Source of the DNA: an uncultured Clostridium sp.
Lineage (GTDB): Bacteria > Bacillota > Clostridia > Ch29
NCBI GenBank assembly: GCA_964625335.1
Contig: CAZVBE010000007.1
Location: 32,682-64,681 of the forward strand
Direction: 5' to 3'
Length of the DNA stretch: 32,000 nucleotides
Shown here: positions 26,043 to 32,000 of the stretch, piece after piece
How positions within the stretch are numbered: the first letter of the stretch is position 1
How the letters are laid out: the number at the start of each line of letters is the position of its first letter
Notes under the pieces: model-generated
Database searches by the model: none
What the model was told of the DNA's origin: nothing
What the model saw: the letters and a program-made list of their open reading frames with translations, nothing else
Program-made: the position numbers and the translations under genes

Positions 26043-26576
26043 CTATTTATATAAAGAACCATACTTATTTGCATACACCTTGCTGTAATAAAGCTTTTCC
26101 ACATTGTGGGGCGGTTTTTGTTCATCGGGATAACCCACTGCAATGATAGACTCAACACTTCTGTCCCCGGGTATGGCCAGTATCTCCTTGACAAACTGTT
26201 CTGCGGTTTTGCTGTCCTGATGCATCCTGTTCCTGATCTGAATCCAGCAGGCGCCAAGTCCCATAGAATAAGCCGCCAGCTGAGCTATGATACCTGCAAT
26301 TGCAGTATCTTCTATCCAGGTATCTCTTCTGTCCGATTCCCCCACCAATACTATCCCAAGGGCAGCATCTTTCAAAAAAGCCGAAGACTTATTTCTGACC
26401 GTTGACAGTGTTCCCAAAGTACTCTTATCGGTAACAAACACAAACTCCCACGGCTTTTGGTTGCTCCCCGACGGCGAAACCAGCATCGCTTTTACAAGGT
26501 TATCTATTTTTTCCTTTTCTATTTCTGCATTTTTATATTTTCTTATGCTTCTTCGTTTCATAAGAAGTTCAATCAT
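26043..26576 (-). CDS. Nitroreductase family protein
   Basis: LLMKRRSIRKYKNAEIEKEKIDNLVKAMLVSPSGSNQKPWEFVFV is the classic nitroreductase N-terminus. The start is at ATG 26576, 7 nt after GGGAGG. The track begins at an upstream TTG. Confidence 0.85.
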   Translation of the reverse strand: MIELLMKRRSIRKYKNAEIEKEKIDNLVKAMLVSPSGSNQKPWEFVFVTDKSTLGTLSTVRNKSSAFLKDAALGIVLVGESDRRDTWIEDTAIAGIIAQLAAYSMGLGACWIQIRNRMHQDSKTAEQFVKEILAIPGDRSVESIIAVGYPDEQKPPHNVEKLYYSKVYANKYGSLYK

Positions 26577-26670
26577 TGTATAACCTCCCAAATGCCATAT
26601 TTTTTCTTATTATACCTTAATTTGCCGATGTTATAAAGGTTCCGTGCCTTAAAAAAATACGCCCTGCTTC

Positions 26671-26699
26671 TTGACAGCAAAACGGTAAAGTAGTAATAT
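26671..26699 (+). promoter_or_regulatory. Sigma-A-type promoter of the FMN riboswitch/ribU unit
   Basis: TTGACA (26671-26676), a 17-bp spacer, then TAATAT (26694-26699). It lies about 20 nt upstream of the riboswitch P1 stem. Confidence 0.6.
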
Positions 26700-26720
26700 A
26701 AAGTACAGAAAACCAAATAT

Positions 26721-26843
26721 AATCTTCAGGGCAGGGTGAAATTCCCGACCGGCGGTAATGCGGACCAAGTCCGCTAGCCCGCGAGCTAAGGCTGACCCGG
26801 TGTGATTCCGGGGCCGACAGTAAAGTCTGGATGGGAGAAGATT
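26721..26843 (+). promoter_or_regulatory. FMN riboswitch (RFN element) aptamer
   Basis: AAUCUUCAGGGCAGGGUGAAAUUCCCGACCGGCGGUAAU...AGCCCGCGAGC...GGUGUGAUUCCGGGGCCGACAGUAAAGUCUGGAUGGGAGAAGAUU matches the conserved RFN core almost base for base. P1 is AAUCUUC/GAAGAUU. Confidence 0.95.
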
Positions 26844-26856
26844 GAGAATGTTTATG

Positions 26857-26894
26857 ATTTCCCTGAGATTATATTGCGGGAAATTTTATTTTTT
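26857..26894 (+). terminator. Riboswitch expression-platform terminator
   Basis: ATTTCCC-(14 nt)-GGGAAAT followed by TTTATTTTTT. It lies between the aptamer and the ribU SD. Confidence 0.8.
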
Positions 26895-26912
26895 CAGGGA
26901 GGTAACTCAATT

Positions 26913-27488
26913 ATGAAGTACAATGTAAACAAACTGGTAAAGCTCGCATTGCTATGTGCCCTATCCATACTGCTTATGATGATAATAAGGTTTCCAATTA
27001 TCCCGTCAGCACCTTTTTTGGAATATGAACCGGGAGACGTTCCAGCCCTGATAGGCACCTTTGTGTACGGCCCGGGTGCCGGATTATTGATAACCGCAGT
27101 GGTTTCCCTGATCCAGGCGACCACCGTCAGCGCAGGAAGCGGCTGGATCGGTGCGATAATGCATATGGTTGCAACAGGCACAATGGTTTTGGTGGCAGGT
27201 ACCATATATAAAAGGATCCATACCTTTAAGGGAGCTGTTATAGCCCTTGTGGCAGGTACCATTGGAATGACTTTGATGATGATTCCGCTTAATTTGTTCT
27301 TCACAACAAAGTTTTTGGGCGTTCCGGTCGAGGCTGTCAAAGCCATGATTATACCCGCAATAATACCCTTTAACCTGTTCAAGGCGGCTGCAAACTCTGC
27401 CCTTACCATCCTGGTGTACAAATCGGTTGCAAAGGTTTTGCGGATAGAAAACGCCGCTGCCTCCAACGAGGCTCACCAGACCGAATAA
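26913..27488 (+). CDS. ribU: ECF-transporter S component for riboflavin
   Basis: 191 aa with about 5-6 TM segments (MKYNVNKLVKLALLCALSILLMMIIRFPI...). It lies directly behind an FMN riboswitch. The start is at ATG 26913 after AGGGAGG. The track ORF begins inside the riboswitch. Confidence 0.85.
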   Translation: MKYNVNKLVKLALLCALSILLMMIIRFPIIPSAPFLEYEPGDVPALIGTFVYGPGAGLLITAVVSLIQATTVSAGSGWIGAIMHMVATGTMVLVAGTIYKRIHTFKGAVIALVAGTIGMTLMMIPLNLFFTTKFLGVPVEAVKAMIIPAIIPFNLFKAAANSALTILVYKSVAKVLRIENAAASNEAHQTE

Positions 27489-27528
27489 GAGCCTCTCTGA
27501 AAGGGGCAGGAAAAAAAGTGCACTTTAT

Positions 27529-29136
27529 TCACCACACAGCCACTGATCCATCCGCCCTTGGTTCGGTTGCCCCCGCAAGTGTGCCGTCTTCCATATTCCA
27601 TATAATCTGCCCCCTTCCAAAGGAAGCACAATCAAGCTGCGGCTGCACAACATGCCCTGCCCTTGCGAGGGATTCTGCCGCAGACCTTGGAAATTGCTGC
27701 TCTATATGCACCGTTTTGCCCTCCACCCACTGCCAGCGCGGGGCGTCCAGGGCATTCTGCGGATTCATTTTAAAATCAACTGTGTTCATAATAACCTGTA
27801 CATGCCCCTGGGGCTGCATAAATGCACCCATAACCCCGAAGGGACCGACCGGTATGTCTTGTCTGGTCATAAAACCGGGTATTATGGTATGATAGGGTTT
27901 TTTCATGGGCGCTATACAGTTGTCATGGTGTTGGTCAAGCGAAAAACCGCTTCCCCGGTTATGCAGGCTTATCCCGGTACCCGGCACCACAAGCCCTGAA
28001 CCGAAACCCCTGAAATTGCTCTGTATAAACGAAACCATATTCCCGTCACCGTCCGCAGCCGCCAGGTAAACGGTGCCGCCCCCGGGCGGAGTGCCCGGCC
28101 GTGGAAGCAGTGCAGTGTCTCCTATCAGGTTCCTTCTTTGCTTCGCATAGTCATCCGACAGCAGCCAGTCAACCGATACCCTCATATGCCCGGGGTCGGC
28201 TATATATTTCAGGCCATCGGCAAAAGCGAGTTTTACCGCTTCTATCTGTCTGTGAAATGTTAAGGCCGTATCCCTTTCGGTAAACTCAAACCCTTTCAAG
28301 ATATTTAACGCCATTAAGGCGACCATCCCATGTCCGTTGGGAGGTATTTCCCACACATCATAGCCCCTGTAGTTTATCCTGATTGGCTCTACCCATTGGG
28401 GCCTGTATTCTTCCAGATCCTCTTTCCTCAAATACCCTCCGTATTTCCTGGAAAAACCGTCTATCCTGTTTGCCAGTTCTCCTCTGTAGAAGTCCTCTGC
28501 CTTAGTCCGGGCTATTGTCTGCAGTGTCCCGGCATGGGCCGGCGACTTCCAGGTATCGCCGGGCTTTGGCGGTTTCCCCGTCGGAGTAAAGGTTTCAAAC
28601 CAATGTTTAAACTCTTCACCCTTAAGACAATCAGTATACAGAGCAAAGGCTTTGTTCCAGGCAGCAGCAACAACCGGTGACACCGGGCAGCCCTCATAAG
28701 CATATTGGATTGCGGGAGCCAGCACCTCAGTAAGCGGCAGCTTTCCAAAACGCTCCGAAAGTACCGCCCATGCGGAGGGCGCACCCGGGACGGTTACAGG
28801 TATCCAGCCGAACCGGGGCATCTCTTTATGACCCGCTTGTATTAGTTTCCCTGCGGATATGGCTTTGGGGGCAGGCCCGCTTGCATTAAGGCCGTGCAGT
28901 TTACCTTCGGTCCAAACAAGTGCAAAGGCGTCCCCTCCTATACCGTTTGAAGTCGGCTCCACCACCGTAAGGCAGGCGGCAGTTGCTATGGCTGCATCCA
29001 CGGCATTGCCGCCTTTTTTGAGAACTTCCAGCCCTGCCTGGGCGGCAAGGGGCTGTGAAGTCGCAACCATACCCTTTCTTGCATACACAGTGTTTCTTCT
29101 GGACGGATAATCGTACTTCATCGGGTCAAATTCCAT
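27529..29136 (-). CDS. ggt: Gamma-glutamyltransferase family protein (YwrD-like, no signal peptide)
   Basis: 535 aa. N-terminus GMVATSQPLAAQAGLEVLKKGGNAVDAAIA. Autoprocessing/nucleophile region GGGTVYLAAADGDGNMVSFIQSNFRGFGSGLVVPGTGISLHNRG. Confidence 0.9.
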   Translation of the reverse strand: MEFDPMKYDYPSRRNTVYARKGMVATSQPLAAQAGLEVLKKGGNAVDAAIATAACLTVVEPTSNGIGGDAFALVWTEGKLHGLNASGPAPKAISAGKLIQAGHKEMPRFGWIPVTVPGAPSAWAVLSERFGKLPLTEVLAPAIQYAYEGCPVSPVVAAAWNKAFALYTDCLKGEEFKHWFETFTPTGKPPKPGDTWKSPAHAGTLQTIARTKAEDFYRGELANRIDGFSRKYGGYLRKEDLEEYRPQWVEPIRINYRGYDVWEIPPNGHGMVALMALNILKGFEFTERDTALTFHRQIEAVKLAFADGLKYIADPGHMRVSVDWLLSDDYAKQRRNLIGDTALLPRPGTPPGGGTVYLAAADGDGNMVSFIQSNFRGFGSGLVVPGTGISLHNRGSGFSLDQHHDNCIAPMKKPYHTIIPGFMTRQDIPVGPFGVMGAFMQPQGHVQVIMNTVDFKMNPQNALDAPRWQWVEGKTVHIEQQFPRSAAESLARAGHVVQPQLDCASFGRGQIIWNMEDGTLAGATEPRADGSVAVW

Positions 29137-29214
29137 TCAGCAAATGCCTCCTTTATCCGGGGTATCGTAAAACCCGGTCCCCTGACTTACACCTTTCATG
29201 CAATAACAGCCAGC

Positions 29215-29658
29215 CTAGGTTCTGTTGAAATCCCGTTTAAGCAGCAGGAGCTGCTTCACACCGTTTAACACCGCCTCGCAAACCACCGGAATCATGAGCC
29301 AAAGCGTACCGTTAAAGGGTTTGGCCGATCTTATAATTTCCGGTATTACCGGACCCAAATCTTCAGACGCAGCCACCGTCAGATGAGCCAAATCAGCGGG
29401 AATAACCACCAGCACGACAAAGCTTTCCTTTTCAGGATACAACGTACATACGGCTCTGCCGGATTTATGATACTTCACGTTCCAGCCCGGCTTGCCGGAA
29501 CATTTACTGAAAGTAATTCTGGGAGATGCCTTAAACTCCTGCCCGATGAAGGTATTCAGCCCCTCCCACAAAACGTCCGCCGGTTTACTAATATATCCGG
29601 ATATCTCATTGTATGTAGGCGCATATGATGCATCCAGAATTAAATCTTCCTTTGTCAT
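29215..29658 (-). CDS. DUF3788-like protein
   Basis: 147 aa. The pattern ...KCSGKPGWNVKYHKSGRAVCTLYPEKESFVVLVVI... matches DUF3788 as I remember it. It was not checked against a profile. Confidence 0.6.
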   Translation of the reverse strand: MTKEDLILDASYAPTYNEISGYISKPADVLWEGLNTFIGQEFKASPRITFSKCSGKPGWNVKYHKSGRAVCTLYPEKESFVVLVVIPADLAHLTVAASEDLGPVIPEIIRSAKPFNGTLWLMIPVVCEAVLNGVKQLLLLKRDFNRT

Positions 29659-29674
29659 ACCATCATCCTCCCGT

Positions 29675-30133
29675 TTATTTCAAAAGGAATACAACCTTTG
29701 TTAAAAGTTCGCTCTCGGGAACGTCCATCGGTGAATTGTAATAAAACTCATAGCATACCCCCGTCGGCGTATGACCGTTTTCTTCTATCCACCGGGTCAT
29801 TGCATCATAGGCAGGTGCAATGTCACTGTACGGTCCCTTATGCATACAGGATACCTGCCTGCCTGCGGGAATTTCACCCGGTTTGATTTCCCCTTTCCCG
29901 GAAAGGGGTTTTGTCACAGGAAATCCCATCTCCACATCAAGGTCTTCCATATCCATATTATAGTATGCGGTAAAGGCTGCTTCCAGGGGTTTCTCTCCAA
30001 TTTCGTTTAAGTACTTTATAATGGCCCCGTAGGCCCTTCCCAGTTCCTGCGGCAAATTTCCCGCCGCAGTCCTTTTGCGCACAGACAGTACCGGCTGTGC
30101 CGGCATCTCGGTTAATTGGAATTTGTAATCCAT
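29675..30133 (-). CDS. GyrI-like small-molecule-binding domain protein
   Basis: 152 aa. It has the typical duplicated beta-alpha-beta-beta layout: VLSVRKR...LPQELGRAYGAIIKYLNEIGEKPL...FTAYYN...DVEMGFPV...G.IPAGRQVSCMHKGPYSDIAPAYDAMTRWIEENGH...YEFYYNSP. AAGGAGG lies upstream. Confidence 0.8.
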   Translation of the reverse strand: MDYKFQLTEMPAQPVLSVRKRTAAGNLPQELGRAYGAIIKYLNEIGEKPLEAAFTAYYNMDMEDLDVEMGFPVTKPLSGKGEIKPGEIPAGRQVSCMHKGPYSDIAPAYDAMTRWIEENGHTPTGVCYEFYYNSPMDVPESELLTKVVFLLK

Positions 30134-30163
30134 TTTGCTATTCCTCCTTAATACTTTTTTCTG

Positions 30164-30209
30164 ATTATATCATCAGGAACATGACAGCTGTATGTCATGT
30201 TCCTGATGA
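30164..30209 (-). promoter_or_regulatory. Perfect 17-bp inverted repeat abutting an extended -10 box (TGATATAAT) upstream of the GyrI-like gene
   Basis: TCATCAGGAACATGACA (30170-30186), GCTGTA, then TGTCATGTTCCTGATGA (30193-30209). On the minus strand the repeat is immediately followed by TATAAT (30164-30169), preceded by TG-A. The right arm overlaps the last 5 codons of the WYL regulator gene. Confidence 0.55.
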
Positions 30210-31136
30210 ATATTTTTTATATATTTTTTCAGCTATATCAGCCAGTACTGTACGGATATGAGGTGGGCTTACAACCTCTACCCCGGTCCCGAAGCTTAGT
30301 AGAAAGCCGTACATCCAGTTGTTCTCCGGAAGCAGCACTTTAACCATAATCCTTCCGCTCGGATCCTTTACCATTTCATCTCCGAACCATTCGTCTATAA
30401 TACCCTCCATCTCTTTTTCAAAAACAAGCTCCAATTGTATCGTTTTATCCATACCTTTCCACTCATTATCCTCCGGCAGCTTTTTTAGGGATGCATCCCT
30501 GGGACTAAACTTTTCATCCAGGATTTCCAGTTCCCTCATCCTTGTCAGTTTGAAAAATCGAAAGTCCTGCCTGAGACGGCAAAAGCCGTACAGGTACCAT
30601 TTTTGTCCCTTTAACACTACCGAGCAGGGCTCAACCCTGCGATGCGTCCTTGCACCCTCCGGGTCTACGTAGCCAAATCCAATCACCCTGTGGTTTTCTA
30701 TTGCCCCCCGAATAACCGTCAGCCTATCGCGGACAGGCCCGTATCCACCCCATGGGGACAGGTCTATCACCAACTGTTTCGACTTGGAGTCTAAAACGTC
30801 CTGCTGCGCCGCCGTCTGGGTATTCAGCAGTTTTTGCATGAGTATTTCATGCCTCGTATCCGGCATAGTGCCTGCCACGCCCCTTAGCATGGCAATGATG
30901 GAGGCCATATCGTCGGGTGTTAGAATGCTTCTATCCAGGCGGTATCCTTCGGCTATTCCTATACCGCCGTTGGCCCCCTGATAGGTTACTATGGGTATCC
31001 CTGCAAGGCTAATCGCATCCACATCACGAAGTATCGTCCTCTCCGAAACGTTAAACATCTCTGCGAGGTCTTTTGCCCGGACTCTTTCCTTCCTTAACAG
31101 TACCACCAAAATGGACATCATTCTATCCAGTTTCAA
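30195..31136 (-). CDS. YafY-family transcriptional regulator (HTH + WYL domain)
   Basis: N-terminal HTH LDRMMSILVVLLRKERVRAKDLAEMFNVSERTILRDVDAISLAGIPI. WYL domain KWYLYGFCRLRQDFRFFKLTRM. I propose the TTG at 31136 (MKLDRMMSIL...) as the start, 10 nt after AGGAGA. ATG 31121 is an alternative. Confidence 0.85.
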   Translation of the reverse strand: MKLDRMMSILVVLLRKERVRAKDLAEMFNVSERTILRDVDAISLAGIPIVTYQGANGGIGIAEGYRLDRSILTPDDMASIIAMLRGVAGTMPDTRHEILMQKLLNTQTAAQQDVLDSKSKQLVIDLSPWGGYGPVRDRLTVIRGAIENHRVIGFGYVDPEGARTHRRVEPCSVVLKGQKWYLYGFCRLRQDFRFFKLTRMRELEILDEKFSPRDASLKKLPEDNEWKGMDKTIQLELVFEKEMEGIIDEWFGDEMVKDPSGRIMVKVLLPENNWMYGFLLSFGTGVEVVSPPHIRTVLADIAEKIYKKYSSGT

Positions 31137-31246
31137 CCGATCATCATCTCCTGTAAAATTACGGCCCACCAATTTATTCTATATCTTATGTAAAATACCT
31201 TCCGGTTTAGGAGAATTGTACTGTACCTCTTACATGCAGCCGCTTT

Positions 31247-31286
31247 TTCTAATCAAATTCTAATGATTTTCTAATTTTAGTCTAAG
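31247..31286 (+). promoter_or_regulatory. Four direct repeats (T/G)TCTAA(T/G) phased at exactly 11 bp, overlapping the -35 region of a TATAAT promoter
   Basis: TTCTAAT occurs at 31247, 31258 and 31269, and GTCTAAG at 31280. TATAAT lies at 31297-31302 with no good -35 hexamer. The DUF4342 gene starts at 31356. Confidence 0.5.
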
Positions 31287-31355
31287 GATGGGCACATATA
31301 ATTACTGCTATAGAACCCCGTGGATAACCGGGCAAAAAAATTGGAGGGATTATAA

Positions 31356-31820
31356 ATGACAATACAGATCGAACAGGTGGACCTTATTATGCAGAGAGCT
31401 AACGTGAGCTATGCGGAGGCTAAGGAAGCGCTGGAAAGGTGCGGCGGCAGTACCGTTGAAACACTGGTTTACCTTGAAAACCAGAACAAGGTCAAGCAAA
31501 AAAAACATAAGGAATGCGCACACGGCATGATGGATGGAGCCGCCGGCCTGATACGCAAGGGAAACCGGACAAAGTTCATAATAAGGAAAAAGGGAAATGA
31601 TGTTCTTAATATATCCGTCAACGTCGCAATTGTTGCCGGAATATTTGCGGCACCGGTCGCGGCAGCAGGTATAGCACTGGCGCTTTTAACCAGCCACAGA
31701 ATAAGAATAGAAAAGGAAGACGGCGCAGGTATACAGGCAAATGATATCCTCGATAAAGTATCCAATGCAGTGGAAACCGCAAAGGACAGTTTGTCGGCAA
31801 GCGACTCTGCCGCAGAATAA
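31356..31820 (+). CDS. DUF4342-like protein with N-terminal UBA/EF-Ts-N-like domain
   Basis: 154 aa. IEQVDLIMQRANVSYAEAKEALERCGGSTVETLVYLE is the UBA-like head usually fused to DUF4342, followed by a hydrophobic segment (NVAIVAGIFAAPVAAAGIALALL). SD TTGGAGGG. Confidence 0.65.
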   Translation: MTIQIEQVDLIMQRANVSYAEAKEALERCGGSTVETLVYLENQNKVKQKKHKECAHGMMDGAAGLIRKGNRTKFIIRKKGNDVLNISVNVAIVAGIFAAPVAAAGIALALLTSHRIRIEKEDGAGIQANDILDKVSNAVETAKDSLSASDSAAE

Positions 31821-31900
31821 AAGGCATATACAACAACAGGTGCTTTTAGACTCAAAATAATGTATAATTTTGACCAGAGCCCGGTGAAGGGGGTCTTTCT

Positions 31901-32000
31901 ATGAACAGGGAAAAAATACTGATAGTCGAAGACGAAATCAAGCTCGCGCGGTTTATTGAACTGGAACTGCTGCATGAGGGCTATGAAGTTGTAAAGGTCC
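31901..32000 (+). CDS. OmpR/PhoB-family response regulator, N-terminal fragment (continues past the window end)
   Basis: MNREKILIVEDEIKLARFIELELLHEGYEVVKV has the canonical receiver start with the acidic pair (VEDE). GAAGGGGG lies upstream. Confidence 0.8.
   Translation, partial: MNREKILIVEDEIKLARFIELELLHEGYEVVKV

Noticed and set aside
26802-26912. The N-terminal 37 codons of the track ORF 26802..27488.
   Set aside because: This part overlaps the FMN riboswitch 3' half and its terminator. The real ribU start is the ATG at 26913, which follows AGGGAGG.
27489-27528. Possible terminator between the convergent ribU and ggt genes (GCCTCT-CTGAA-AGGGGC and AAAGTGCACTTTTTTT).
   Set aside because: The stems are very short (6 bp, or loop-less). 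The plus-strand hairpin is followed by A's, not T's. This is too weak to annotate.
30195-31136. WYL-domain regulator as an indicator of a phage-defence island, as seen with BrxR/CapW-type regulators.
   Set aside because: The neighbours are GyrI-like, DUF3788, GGT and DUF4342 genes. No nuclease, helicase, ATPase, methyltransferase, cyclase or TIR/SIR2-type effector lies within reach. The context fits small-molecule response better.

Overview
The window looks like a chromosomal segment of a Gram-positive anaerobe, probably Clostridia. This is inferred from strong GGAGG-type ribosome-binding sites, a DUF421/DUF4363 pair, an FMN riboswitch with an ECF RibU gene, and the kbl-tdh and queG genes. 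About 35 intact genes are densely packed on both strands and are mostly housekeeping or accessory metabolism. They include nth, a kbl-tdh threonine-degradation operon, an HtrA-type protease, queG, an RluA-family pseudouridine synthase and class II fba. There are two large secreted M14 carboxypeptidases flanking an AT-rich LuxR-type regulator with a degenerate receiver domain. There is also a chemoreceptor, a SagB-like/HAD/DsrE-like operon, and an APC permease/UbiA prenyltransferase/ferritin-VIT1 operon. The remainder comprises a phosphodiester glycosidase, nitroreductases, gamma-glutamyltransferase, a YafY(WYL)/GyrI-like/DUF3788 module, and a DUF4342 gene followed by the start of an OmpR-type response regulator. 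I saw no rRNA, tRNA, CRISPR array, transposase, integrase, phage gene or recognisable defence gene. I cannot point to a convincing new multi-gene system. The best leads are regulatory or architectural. They are: (1) a nested array of GGGACATTCC/GGTGTGTCCC boxes in the fba leader; (2) a chemoreceptor with a Cache/PAS-like module after its signalling domain; (3) a GC-rich 290-nt spacer exactly filled by a 96-codon His/Cys-containing ORF in the permease-UbiA operon; (4) a perfect 17-bp inverted repeat on an extended -10 promoter between the WYL regulator and the GyrI-like gene; (5) four TTCTAAT boxes phased at 11 bp upstream of the DUF4342/response-regulator unit. All functional calls come from motif recognition by eye in the supplied translations. 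No database search was run.
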